NCBI GenBank assembly: GCA_002010065.2
Contig: MTMD02000014.1
Coordinates: forward strand, 32,001-96,000
Length of the DNA: 64,000 bases
From: Candidatus Pyrohabitans jungbluthii
Lineage (GTDB): Archaea; Hydrothermarchaeota; Hydrothermarchaeia; Hydrothermarchaeales; BMS3B
Direction: 5' to 3'
Notes under the pieces: model-generated
Told to the model about the DNA's origin: nothing
Seen by the model: only the letters and a program-made list of their open reading frames with translations
Databases searched by the model: none
In this document: in pieces, positions 16,276 through 25,788 of the stretch
Layout: each line of letters opens with the position of its first letter
Numbering within the stretch: position 1 is the first letter of the stretch
Program-made: the position numbers and the translations under genes

Positions 16276-19023
16276 ATGAAAGACCGGCTTATTTTACTTT
16301 TGATTTTCACGGTTTTACCCGCTATTCTCCTGAGCGGCTGTTTTGGCGGTGGGGAGGAGTTTGTGGAGGAGGTGATACTCGAAAAAACCATAAATCCAGA
16401 TGAGACCCAGACTGTGGAATTTGACGGCGGGAGTGTTACAATACCTTTTGGAACAATCGACGAGAATGATACCTTAAGAGTGGCAGTGGTGAAAAAAGCA
16501 CCAAAACCAGAAGGTGCTGAAATATTAAGAGCCTACAATATAGATTTGGCCAAGACGGAAAATCTCAACGGATATATTGAGATAAAGCTGAGGCACACCG
16601 GGCCAGCCAAAAACATTGTGGCTCTGACCTACGACGAATCCTCCAAGAGATGGGTGGGTGTGTTGTACAGAATAGTCGATGATGGCGTTATTATATACAC
16701 CCCGCACCTGTCCTATTTTGCCACAGCTGTGGTGACTCACGAGTCAGGACCAATGGCAAAGATAAACTTAGATTACGTATCCGCAGCCGGCGTCTCAATG
16801 GATGAGGATAGAGCGTTAGCTGTGCTGCGGGAATACGTAAACAACAACTACGAGCCTGGTCCCAATGCCTACAGGGTTGGCTGGGACGCCGCGATGGAGT
16901 ATTTTGGAATTGGGGGTGCAGCATCAACCTTCGCCCAGCATGGGCTTGACGTGCAGACGCTTGATAAGTTCAACACATGGGCAACGCACTTAGGGGTTGT
17001 GTTTGCAGTAATACAGCTTGGCTGGGATCTGTATGATGGAAATGCCGATGAAGGAACTGTTAACTTTCTGAAGAACATGATGTACTCGGCGGTGGGTGAG
17101 TTTGGCACCCCAGCAATGCAACTCAGCTTTGTTGGTGTATTTGCAATAGACTACTCTCTAACAAAGTTCATGGTAACCGCTATAAGCGACAGGGAGAAGA
17201 TATGGGAGGAAGCCTACAAGCTGTACTATAAGAAAGATGATAGGGTAAAGCAGAAGAAAAAGATGAAATACTGGTATGATGAATTTTTAAAACTTTACAA
17301 GGAGAGCAGAACTCCTGCGGAATTAAAAGCAAAAATTGATAAAGCTATAAACGACTACGTTTACGATTTCTGGGAGGATGAAACCACAGTTGCTTTCTAT
17401 CAGGAAGAGGTCATGAAACACGCCTGGACCGGCGGCGGTGGGCTGAACGAGGAGCTTAAAAAGAAAATCTCAGAAAATCATAAGGCGGAGCTTATGAATG
17501 CCCTAAAGCCAGTATTTTGGAGGCTTGAAGAGCAGATTTTACTTGAAATGCAGGCAAAAGCCACCAGACAATTGAAGAAAATGGCTGAGGAACTGAACAA
17601 AGTGTATACCCTGAATGTCAGGGTAAACGGTCCAAAAGATTTTGTTTCGGGGCTTGAAGTTTATATTCCAGTGAAGGCGGGTAATCAGGAGCAGTGGAGC
17701 TGGGAGACGGACGAGAGCGGCGAGTGCTTCATCAGGTTTACCCTCTACGGACTCCTGAAATCACAGGCAAAGAACAAGGTTGTGCTTATAACAAAGACTG
17801 GAGAAAAAATTGAGCAGGAGTTCAAGCTCACTTCTAGGTCAACGAGCGTTGTTTTTAATATAGAGGGCAAGGGTAGCATTCAGGTCAGCGTAACACCGAA
17901 GAGGGTTGCTCCCGGGGACAAGATTAAGGTGAGCGTTCAGGTAAATCCGCCTGTTGAAACAGAGCTGGAGATTAAGATAGAGAATATTGAGACGGGGTAT
18001 GGAAAGAAATCAGAGCCGTGGAAGGTTAAGACAGGCAAGGACGGCAGATACGAGAGCAACTTTGTTATCCAGCCCAAAGATGTTTATAAGAAGGCGGGTA
18101 AGAATGTGTTAATTGTCACCGCCCCAGAGCTCGGAGCTGAAGGCAAAGCAACCTTCGAGATTATCAAGCCGGAGATCAGCGTTACAGTCTCACCCTCAAC
18201 AGTTAGACCGGGTGAGGCTGTGGTGATAAAGGCGAGGGTTGAGCCGCCCGGGAGGTATAAAGCCAAGCTTTCCGTTTTGAACGCGCAGAGCGGTGCGAGC
18301 TACAGCGACATAAAATACACGGACAGCAGCGGAAACTTCAGATATCAGCTGAGGATATACGCGAAAAACATCGAGCAAAAGCTGGGAACAAACATCGTCA
18401 GCGTTGAGATACCAAAACTCGGGGTTATGGGCACCGCAAGCTTTGTTGTTGAGGCAGAGGTGATGCCGACACCGAAGCCAACGCAGACGCCGGCACCCAC
18501 ATCTGAGCCTACAGGGACACCACTTCCAGGAGAGCCCACAACTACACCACAGGCTGAAAGTCCCTTCAATTTAAATAAGGAATATAAGGCAGGTTTTGTG
18601 GTAGATGTAGAACTCCAAGATGGAAAGCGCGATTGGTTTAATTTAAATACCTATGGATATGGCAGTAAAGTAACTAACAATATATATCATGTTAAGTATG
18701 ACTATCGTGGAGACCCAAGGACTATAGGAGAGTTCAAAGCAACTTTCGACCAAAATTACAGGCTCATGACAATAAATGCTTGGCAAAAGATATTAAATAA
18801 AAAAGGAGATGTCGAACTTGAAAAAGGATTAATCTGCAACAATCTTGGATTAGATGTTTATGGCAGATCTTGGAATGGGGATAGGGTGAGATATTGGAGT
18901 GGAGATGAAAAATTGCTATCTTCTTCCTGTACTGCGTATCATCGACATTTGGGCACTGAAATGAAAATAAAGCGGGTCGTTGAACTGGATATTAAGTTTA
19001 GAATGATTGAAGATGAAAAATGA
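16276..19023 (+). CDS. Large multidomain surface lipoprotein
   Basis: Signal peptide with LLSGC lipobox, helical middle region, two Ig-like repeats (VSVTPKRVAPGD / VTVSPSTVRPGE), Pro/Thr linker, AT-rich C-terminal domain. Confidence 0.8.
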   Translation: MKDRLILLLIFTVLPAILLSGCFGGGEEFVEEVILEKTINPDETQTVEFDGGSVTIPFGTIDENDTLRVAVVKKAPKPEGAEILRAYNIDLAKTENLNGYIEIKLRHTGPAKNIVALTYDESSKRWVGVLYRIVDDGVIIYTPHLSYFATAVVTHESGPMAKINLDYVSAAGVSMDEDRALAVLREYVNNNYEPGPNAYRVGWDAAMEYFGIGGAASTFAQHGLDVQTLDKFNTWATHLGVVFAVIQLGWDLYDGNADEGTVNFLKNMMYSAVGEFGTPAMQLSFVGVFAIDYSLTKFMVTAISDREKIWEEAYKLYYKKDDRVKQKKKMKYWYDEFLKLYKESRTPAELKAKIDKAINDYVYDFWEDETTVAFYQEEVMKHAWTGGGGLNEELKKKISENHKAELMNALKPVFWRLEEQILLEMQAKATRQLKKMAEELNKVYTLNVRVNGPKDFVSGLEVYIPVKAGNQEQWSWETDESGECFIRFTLYGLLKSQAKNKVVLITKTGEKIEQEFKLTSRSTSVVFNIEGKGSIQVSVTPKRVAPGDKIKVSVQVNPPVETELEIKIENIETGYGKKSEPWKVKTGKDGRYESNFVIQPKDVYKKAGKNVLIVTAPELGAEGKATFEIIKPEISVTVSPSTVRPGEAVVIKARVEPPGRYKAKLSVLNAQSGASYSDIKYTDSSGNFRYQLRIYAKNIEQKLGTNIVSVEIPKLGVMGTASFVVEAEVMPTPKPTQTPAPTSEPTGTPLPGEPTTTPQAESPFNLNKEYKAGFVVDVELQDGKRDWFNLNTYGYGSKVTNNIYHVKYDYRGDPRTIGEFKATFDQNYRLMTINAWQKILNKKGDVELEKGLICNNLGLDVYGRSWNGDRVRYWSGDEKLLSSSCTAYHRHLGTEMKIKRVVELDIKFRMIEDEK

Positions 19024-19108
19024 ATCCAAGGTTGCCTTGAGTGACACAATTGATGAAACGCTATCCCGTAGCGTTTGCAATTTATTTACACCTGACAGGT
19101 GATAAAAG

Positions 19109-20086
19109 GTGTTTGGTTTGGAGTGGGAGTACGACGTGATGTACTGGGTTAATGCGATAACTATTTCATCAGACAGCTCTTTCATCGTTGCCGGTTCTGC
19201 TGATGGAGGGATACATTCACTCGCCAGAAACGGCGAGCTTCTGTGGGATTATGAAGCAGAGGGCAGCATCCGTGCGATGGCTGTGGTGGAAGATGCCTCA
19301 TGCATCGCCGCGGGCATAGACGGCGGGGAGGTGCTCCTACTCAGCAGGAGCGGTGAGCTTATCTGGAGCCATGGGCTTGAAAGCAGGGTTAGCTCTGTCT
19401 CCGTCCCGTCGGATGGGTCTTTTGTAGCCGCAGGTGCAGGTGGCTGGCTCTATGTCTTCAGCAGACGCGGAAAACTCCTGTGGAGCAGTAAGGTTGCCCG
19501 GAGCGTTGATTCGGTATCTGCATCGGCAAACGGCTCATGCATAGCTGTGGGAGCCAGAGACCTGAGCAGCGGTAAGGTTTGCCTTTTCGACAGGCATGGA
19601 GATGTGCTCTGGGAGCAGAAGACCGGCTGGAGCTTAGCCGGGAGCGTGAAGGTTGCAGCCTCTCAGAGAGGGACGCTGATTGCCGCGGGCTCGTTGCACG
19701 GTGTAAGGATGTTCGACGCGGGTGGTGAGTGTCTGTGGTACTACGAAACCGGAGGTGGCGTTGAGGATTTAGCCTTCTCTCCGGACGGCAACTACGTGGT
19801 TGCCGGCACCCTCGATGGGGCGGTTTATTTATTTAGCAAAGATGGAATGGTGTGGAGCAGAAAACTTAAAAGCTCAATCCGGGCGGTTGGGATTTCAGAA
19901 GCAGGCTGCAGCGTGGCGGCTCTGGACAACGGTTTCATTTACCTGTTTGATAGGGAGGGTGAGATTCTCTGGGAGAAGGAGACATACGAGGGCATTTGCA
20001 GTATAGACATTTCCCGCGACGGCTTGTGCATTGCCGCTGGCTCTGAGGACGGCGTTGTGTACATGTTTTCAAGGAGAAGAACCTGA
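19109..20086 (+). CDS. WD40/PQQ-like beta-propeller repeat protein
   Basis: About 8 repeats of S.DG..IAAGS.DG.VYLF.R.G..LW. Confidence 0.88.
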   Translation: MFGLEWEYDVMYWVNAITISSDSSFIVAGSADGGIHSLARNGELLWDYEAEGSIRAMAVVEDASCIAAGIDGGEVLLLSRSGELIWSHGLESRVSSVSVPSDGSFVAAGAGGWLYVFSRRGKLLWSSKVARSVDSVSASANGSCIAVGARDLSSGKVCLFDRHGDVLWEQKTGWSLAGSVKVAASQRGTLIAAGSLHGVRMFDAGGECLWYYETGGGVEDLAFSPDGNYVVAGTLDGAVYLFSKDGMVWSRKLKSSIRAVGISEAGCSVAALDNGFIYLFDREGEILWEKETYEGICSIDISRDGLCIAAGSEDGVVYMFSRRRT

Positions 20087-20135
20087 GAAATCACTGAGTA
20101 TTGATGCAGACGGAGCGTGTAGATGTTATATAATT

Positions 20136-20444
20136 TCAGCGCAGCAGCCACTTCTCACCCCATCTTCGCAGCGCATTCTCAAGCTCACGCAGGTCTTTGC
20201 CCTTCTCGGTGAGGGAATACTCCACTCTTATAGGTGAGTTGTAAACTTTTCTTTTCACAATCCCCTGCTCTTCCAGCTCTTTTAGGCACTTGGAGAGGGT
20301 TTTTGAAGAAATCGCCCCGAGGCTACGCTTGAGTTCATTAAAGCCCTTTGGTCCATCAAAAAGGAAGTGGACTATTGCTAGGTGCCACTTTCTGCCCAGT
20401 AGATTTATCGCCTCCACCACCGGGCAAACTTCCCTCTGCCTCAT
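20136..20444 (-). CDS. HxlR-family transcriptional regulator
   Basis: CPVVEAINLLGRKW, GFNEL and PIRVEYSLTEKG motifs. Confidence 0.93.
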   Translation of the reverse strand: MRQREVCPVVEAINLLGRKWHLAIVHFLFDGPKGFNELKRSLGAISSKTLSKCLKELEEQGIVKRKVYNSPIRVEYSLTEKGKDLRELENALRRWGEKWLLR

Positions 20445-20486
20445 CTAAATCACCACCGGGAAATCTGGTTACATCTAGGTTACGTT

Positions 20487-20500
20487 AAGTATAAATACTT
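20487..20500. promoter_or_regulatory. Palindrome AAGTAT-aa-ATACTT overlapping a TATA-like box; candidate HxlR operator
   Basis: Perfect 6-2-6 inverted repeat in the divergent intergenic region; function inferred only. Confidence 0.4.
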
Positions 20501-20544
20501 TTCTATGGAAACTAGGTATAAAAAGGAAATTGGAGGTGAAAGAT

Positions 20545-20742
20545 GTGGCAAGGCTGGTGAAGTTGGAAGGAAAGGAGCCGAAGGTAATAACCGAGGAGGA
20601 GGCGAAGTTTCCCATAGGTATATGTACCTGCGGCTTAAGTGCAAACTTCCCATTCTGTGACGGCTCCCACAAGCGCTGCGCAGACGAGGAGGAAGGCTCG
20701 CTCTACGTCTACGATGCAAACTCCAGGGTGAGGGTAAAGTAA
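20545..20742 (+). CDS. CDGSH iron-sulfur domain protein
   Basis: ICTCGLSANFPFCDGSH; GTG start after a GGAGGTG ribosome-binding site. Confidence 0.93.
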   Translation: MARLVKLEGKEPKVITEEEAKFPIGICTCGLSANFPFCDGSHKRCADEEEGSLYVYDANSRVRVK

Positions 20743-20773
20743 CCCTCCCTCTTTCTTTTTCAGTGGAGTAAAA

Positions 20774-21673
20774 ATGCCAAAAATTGAAATCCTGTACTTT
20801 ACAGACCCCTACTGCACCTGGTGCTGGGGGAGCGAGCCCATCCTCAGGAAAATAAAGGAGGTATACGGCGAGCAGGTGAAAATCACCTACATCATGGGGG
20901 GCTTGGTTGAGGACATGGAAAGCTTTTACGACCCTCTCAACGACATCTCACGCGCCGAGCAGGTTGCTCCGCATTGGTTGAGTGCTTCAGAAAGGCATGG
21001 GATGCCGGTTAGTGGTAAGCTCTGGCTCAGCGACCCACCCCGCTCAACCTTTCCCGCGAACATCGCCTACCATGCGGCGAAGCTTCAGAGCGAGGAAAAG
21101 GCAGAGAAGTTTCTTCGAAGGATGCGTGAAGCTGCTGCAGCCGAGGACAAAAACATCTCAAGGTTGGAAGTTCTTGTTGAGCTTGCGGAAGAGGTGGGCT
21201 TGGACGCTGAGAGGTTTGTGCGTGACTTCACAGGAAGAGAAGCTAAGGATGCGTTTCTTAAGGATTTAGCAGTTATGGGCGAAGCCCTTGGTTTAAAGGC
21301 GCCTGAAAAATTCACCTCTGAGGCTGAGAAGGCTTTCTACAGAGACCTGAAGTATGCAAGAAATCTCGGTGTAACTGGCTTCCCCACCTTTCTGGTAAGG
21401 AACGAAAAGGGCGAAGGTATATGGGTCACCGGATACCACCCCTTCAGCACCTTCGAGATGGTTTTCGAGAAGCTGTCTCCAGGGTTAAAGAAGAGAAAGC
21501 CGCAGAGTATTCTTGCATTTATTGAAAAGTACGGCAGAGTAGCGACGCGGGAAGTGGCAGAGGTTTTCGACCTAACTGACGAAGAGGCTCTTGCAAAACT
21601 TGAAGCGCTGGAAAAAGAGGGGAAAATAAGAAAGCTACGCGCAGGAAACGGCTATTTCTGGGAAATAGTCTAA
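20774..21673 (+). CDS. DsbA-family (YjbH/FrnE-like) thiol-disulfide protein with C-terminal HTH
   Basis: TDPYCTWCW and GFPT cis-Pro motifs. Confidence 0.9.
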   Translation: MPKIEILYFTDPYCTWCWGSEPILRKIKEVYGEQVKITYIMGGLVEDMESFYDPLNDISRAEQVAPHWLSASERHGMPVSGKLWLSDPPRSTFPANIAYHAAKLQSEEKAEKFLRRMREAAAAEDKNISRLEVLVELAEEVGLDAERFVRDFTGREAKDAFLKDLAVMGEALGLKAPEKFTSEAEKAFYRDLKYARNLGVTGFPTFLVRNEKGEGIWVTGYHPFSTFEMVFEKLSPGLKKRKPQSILAFIEKYGRVATREVAEVFDLTDEEALAKLEALEKEGKIRKLRAGNGYFWEIV

Positions 21674-22125
21674 TCCTTTGTCTTCCTCTTGTGATGCCTG
21701 TCCTCCCATGCACCGTACTTCGGGTTGGTTATGGTGTAGTGCTGCGGCGAGTATGGCTTAATGTCCAGCACCGGCGAGCCGTCCATCGCATCTAAGCCCT
21801 TAAGATAGAGCTTATTTCCCTCGATTTTTATAATCCTGCAGGGGGTTATACCTATGGGGTTCGGTCTGAATGGACCACCGCTGGCAAAGACGCCTATCTC
21901 CTCATCGCCATGAGGTGGCTTAACCCGGAGTCCGCGAAACTCTGCGCGGTGCATGTGGTATATGATAAACACGTGGGAAAAGTGCTCGGCCAGGTTGTAA
22001 AGCCCGTCCTTGTACTCCTCGAAGACCTCCACAACGCCTTCGCCAGAGTCCTCGAACTCTTCGTGCTGCTCTGGTGACTTAAACTCCGACCTCACTATAC
22101 CAATGGGCTTGTAGCAGATTTCCAT
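21670..22125 (-). CDS. TsaA/TrmO-family SAM-binding methyltransferase
   Basis: KPIG, GVFAS..PFRPNPIG and GLDAMDGSPVLDIKPY motifs. Confidence 0.88.
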   Translation of the reverse strand: MEICYKPIGIVRSEFKSPEQHEEFEDSGEGVVEVFEEYKDGLYNLAEHFSHVFIIYHMHRAEFRGLRVKPPHGDEEIGVFASGGPFRPNPIGITPCRIIKIEGNKLYLKGLDAMDGSPVLDIKPYSPQHYTITNPKYGAWEDRHHKRKTKD

Positions 22126-22143
22126 GCCTTCACCTCACCTAAG

Positions 22144-23334
22144 CTACACAAACCACACAAGAATAACCACGCCCAGAAGTACCATAACTATGCCTGAAGC
22201 GAGTCTCATACTCCTAGCCTTGGACTCTTCCCAGTCCTTCAGCCGCTTTGTAACCTTCTCATTGGAAGCCAGGGCGAGGATGACTATGAGGGGCACGACG
22301 AACATGAAGTTGTACAGCAGCAGGTAGGCCAAGCCCTGAAAATATGTGGTCTTCGCCGAGAGCAATGCAAGAATCGCCACGTATATTCCGCCAGAGCATG
22401 GGAAGGTGCACAGACCAACGAGAAAGCCCAGGACGGCAGCGGAAGGGAAAGTGCCCTTGTACGCCCACCTTCTCAGTGTGGCATGGCTGAAGCTTGGAAT
22501 GCGGAGGTGGATGGGCAGGATGAAGGGGTTGATGTAGTCTTTAATGTTTATCAGCCCCAGGATTATTATAAGATAGGCGCCCAGTTTTGCCATGAAGTGG
22601 GGTCTGCCCGTAAATATCAGCGCCTTCATTATACCAATGCCTATGAGGAAGTAGGCCAGGTAGATGGCTGAGATGTACACAACGCCCATCTTAAGCACGC
22701 CGGCGCGGGTCTTCTTGATAGTGAATAGGAAGGCGATGAAGAAGAGCAGTACTGCAAATGCGCAGGGGTTTATCCCATCGAGCAGACCTGTAACAATAAC
22801 CAAGGGAAGTAAGCCGGAGGAGGCGTAGATCCCCTCAAGGTTGCTGGGCTTCATGTCTTTTAGCTCATTAAAGTAAGTTGAGAGGGGCTCGTCTATTGGA
22901 TACTCCCGTATCTCTCCGCCAGGCACCCACACGCGGTAGCTCTTTGCATTCGCCTTCATGGAATCCTGGTATACTACCAGCTTGCCATCCCACTTCAGCG
23001 CTTCCCTCACAGCATGCTCCGGCACGTGTCCCTCGAGAAATATCCTCCCGTCTATGACAGCGGTAAGGTGCCCCTGCAGCCTTGGCGGAATCCCCTCTTT
23101 CTCATTGAGGGAGATTAGCTCTTTCCTGTAGTCTGGGTTATTTATATAGTCCTTGAGCACAATCTTGGTAACACCTTCCTCCTTAAGCAGCGGTATGAGC
23201 CTCTCTTTAATGTAAATAGTACAGTCTGTGCAAGCTTCGTTGTAGTATATCACAGCCTCGCGCTGCTCAGCGGCATAGCTGAGGGGCAGCGATGAAAAGA
23301 TTAGCAGGAGCAGAAAAATATACCTAAGCCTCAT
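22144..23334 (-). CDS. Thioredoxin-like domain fused to CcdA/DsbD-type membrane domain
   Basis: Signal peptide, CTDC motif, then DGINPCAF and FPCSGGIY TM motifs. Confidence 0.85.
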   Translation of the reverse strand: MRLRYIFLLLLIFSSLPLSYAAEQREAVIYYNEACTDCTIYIKERLIPLLKEEGVTKIVLKDYINNPDYRKELISLNEKEGIPPRLQGHLTAVIDGRIFLEGHVPEHAVREALKWDGKLVVYQDSMKANAKSYRVWVPGGEIREYPIDEPLSTYFNELKDMKPSNLEGIYASSGLLPLVIVTGLLDGINPCAFAVLLFFIAFLFTIKKTRAGVLKMGVVYISAIYLAYFLIGIGIMKALIFTGRPHFMAKLGAYLIIILGLINIKDYINPFILPIHLRIPSFSHATLRRWAYKGTFPSAAVLGFLVGLCTFPCSGGIYVAILALLSAKTTYFQGLAYLLLYNFMFVVPLIVILALASNEKVTKRLKDWEESKARSMRLASGIVMVLLGVVILVWFV

Positions 23335-23750
23335 TTCTCTTCCTCCTTAACAACCACTGCAGTTAAAGGTATAACAACCTCCGGCTCAGCCGGGTCGTTT
23401 GTTAGAATGTACACTTCTCTGTAGACCTCGCCAAGTACCTCTACCTCCATTAGGTTGGGGTCGAAGGTTACAAGAAGCTCCGCCTCCTCACCGGGGGCGA
23501 TCAAAGTCTTGTTTATGTACGCGCGCGTGCATCCGCAGGATGTACTCACCGCCTTTATCTCAAGAGGGGCGTCGCCGACGTTTCTTACAGTGAACACCTT
23601 CCTTACCTCCACGTAGGGAACCTCGCCGAAGTCGTAGCTCGCTGGCGTAACCTCTATCTTCGGCTCACCCTCTACAGAGAGGTACTTCACAGCGCTGACG
23701 GCGACAATAACTCCTGCTACAAACAGGAAGTAGAGGTAGAGGCTCTTCAT
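23331..23750 (-). CDS. DUF1573 Ig-like domain membrane protein
   Basis: YDFG, NVGDAPLEI, TSCGCT, IAPGE and TNDP motifs. Confidence 0.88.
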   Translation of the reverse strand: MKSLYLYFLFVAGVIVAVSAVKYLSVEGEPKIEVTPASYDFGEVPYVEVRKVFTVRNVGDAPLEIKAVSTSCGCTRAYINKTLIAPGEEAELLVTFDPNLMEVEVLGEVYREVYILTNDPAEPEVVIPLTAVVVKEEEK

Positions 23751-24308
23751 TCAATCCACCTGAATAACCCTTATATACACCCTAGCCACTGGCTTCTGCG
23801 GGTCGTTGGTGTAGAGGTTTACATACCTCACGACCTCACCTCTGAGATCGGGGTGAACCTTGGGATCGTAGTAAACCTTGAGGTAGGCTTTCTCTCCGGG
23901 ATGGATTCTCTGACTCCACCACTTTGGATTTGTGCCGTGCTCCCGCATATTGAATTTTGGACCTTCCTTTCCATTGTATATGATAGAGGCGGAGGTGCAC
24001 CCACAGGAGGTGTCCATATCGTCGATTACCAAATCGCCATCACCTCGATTCTCAATAACAAAGGTGGTGGTTACCACACCGCCCCTGACGCTCACCGTGC
24101 CAAAGTCGTATGCCTCAGGGGTAATCACCATTTTCGGCGTTCCCTCGATTATCTCTTCGGATTTTGAGAATTTTAAAGAATAGATTCCTATCGCCAGAAG
24201 CAAGAGGGCTGCAGCTATGATATATATCCCTCTGTTATTTTTTCTTTTTGCATTTTTTGCCTTCACTTTTTCTTTATTTTTTCGATATTTTTTCTTTTTC
24301 TTAGCCAT
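23751..24308 (-). CDS. DUF1573 Ig-like domain membrane protein
   Basis: Lys-rich N-terminus, TM helix, YDFG, TSCGCT, TNDP; start moved to 24308. Confidence 0.85.
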   Translation of the reverse strand: MAKKKKKYRKNKEKVKAKNAKRKNNRGIYIIAAALLLLAIGIYSLKFSKSEEIIEGTPKMVITPEAYDFGTVSVRGGVVTTTFVIENRGDGDLVIDDMDTSCGCTSASIIYNGKEGPKFNMREHGTNPKWWSQRIHPGEKAYLKVYYDPKVHPDLRGEVVRYVNLYTNDPQKPVARVYIRVIQVD

Positions 24309-24319
24309 ATCTTCACCTC

Positions 24320-25021
24320 CTAAAGCAGGGCGGGGAAGTAAGGCAGAAGCTTTGCCTGTATATATCTGTCTACGCCAAAGAGGATGCCAATGCCTGTGAG
24401 TATTATCACCCACCCGGCGAACTTTCTCATCCTGAGTGAGTTCCTCCTTACCCACTCAAGTCTTGCTCCGTAGCGCTTGCTCCCATACGCCACGGCGAGC
24501 ATGGGTATGCCGAGGCCTATGGAGTACACAAAGAGCATGAAGGAGCCCCTAAGTATGTCTCCACCCATGGCGACGTAGGATAGCACCGCTCCGAGCACCG
24601 GGCCGACGCAGGGTATCCAGACTATGCCCAGGGAGAGCCCCAGGAGGAACGCTCCGCCGAGAGAGTCTTCGCCGGTTTTTAAAGGTAAAAACTTTGAAAG
24701 CCTCCCGACGAGGGAAGAAGAGTGCTTTACATAAGCCTGGTTTAGTTCATCGTCCACCATTATGGCACCAAAGCCTATCATAAAGGCAATCGCAAGGTAG
24801 CGCATCACCTCGCCAGCGGCGCTCGCGGCGATGCCAAGAGCGGAGAACACTCCGCCCATAAGTGTGAAGGTGATGGACATGCCCAGGACTATAGCCAGCG
24901 GCCTGAGCTTGCTTCCAACGCTGCCCGCAAGGAGTGGTGGAAGTATTGGTATTATGCAGGGCGTCACCACTGTTAGTACGCCAGCGAGAAATACCAGAAC
25001 TATTGAAGGCTCGGCTACCAT
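24320..25021 (-). CDS. ccdA: Cytochrome c biogenesis protein CcdA
   Basis: TPCIIPILP and WIPCVGPVL motifs; about 6 TM helices. Confidence 0.92.
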   Translation of the reverse strand: MVAEPSIVLVFLAGVLTVVTPCIIPILPPLLAGSVGSKLRPLAIVLGMSITFTLMGGVFSALGIAASAAGEVMRYLAIAFMIGFGAIMVDDELNQAYVKHSSSLVGRLSKFLPLKTGEDSLGGAFLLGLSLGIVWIPCVGPVLGAVLSYVAMGGDILRGSFMLFVYSIGLGIPMLAVAYGSKRYGARLEWVRRNSLRMRKFAGWVIILTGIGILFGVDRYIQAKLLPYFPALL

Positions 25022-25321
25022 GTTAATATACCTCGCTTCTTGACAGTCTGTTTATAAGCATAGGCAACAAAAAACACTCCCCACAGATTAATGTGAGGGA
25101 TTATATCCCCCATATTCCCTTGGCCTTGTGAACGCAGCATCCGCCGCGAAGGGACTTATCAAATTTTTGTACAGCATTTGCAGCCACCCTTCAAATTTTT
25201 TTAAATAGATTGATGGTTTTAATCACTAATAACCTTTATTATTTACAAAATAGAAATAGAAGGTGTGTGTCATTTTCCACTTCGTACTATGGTCTGCTCA
25301 GCGTACCCCTCTCAGGACAGT

Positions 25322-25693
25322 CTACAGAGACTTCAGATAAGCCTCCAGTGCTGTGAGACGCTCGTCGTTCTCTGGCAGAGGCTTGCCCTTCATGGGCACC
25401 TCTATGCAGAAGTTTATTACCTCCTTCAGTGTCATCTCCCTCTTTGCCATCTTGAAGTATCCCTTGGGGTTGTACTTATCGCCCACTCCGGAGAGCGTCG
25501 ATGGCTCGGGATGGCAGGTCAGGCAGCTCTTCCCATTCGTGCCAAGGCTGGCATCCGCGAAAAGCGCCCTGCCGTACTCCACTAAGTTATCCGGCTTCTC
25601 TGTCTCTAGAGCCTCTTCAGCCTGAGGCCTCTGTGCACATCCTGCAAAAATCGCTGCAAGTAACACCACCAGGATTAATCTTTTCACACCCAT
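25322..25693 (-). CDS. Monoheme c-type cytochrome lipoprotein (TsdA/SoxA-like domain)
   Basis: FAGC lipobox, CLTCH heme motif, INFCIEVPMKG segment. Confidence 0.8.
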   Translation of the reverse strand: MGVKRLILVVLLAAIFAGCAQRPQAEEALETEKPDNLVEYGRALFADASLGTNGKSCLTCHPEPSTLSGVGDKYNPKGYFKMAKREMTLKEVINFCIEVPMKGKPLPENDERLTALEAYLKSL

Positions 25694-25788
25694 CCCCTCA
25701 CACCATTTTATATTATAAACATCGAACTATAAAAAACTTGTCTTTTCTGCCTTTCCAATCTCTATTTTATTTATTATGTATATTCACT

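Noticed and set aside
24235-24305. Long T-rich tract resembling a terminator or simple repeat
   Set aside because: It encodes the Lys-rich N-terminus of the minus-strand DUF1573 protein.
25030-25260. Possible small gene or remnant between ccdA and the cytochrome
   Set aside because: Only short frames (about 30 codons) with no recognisable similarity.
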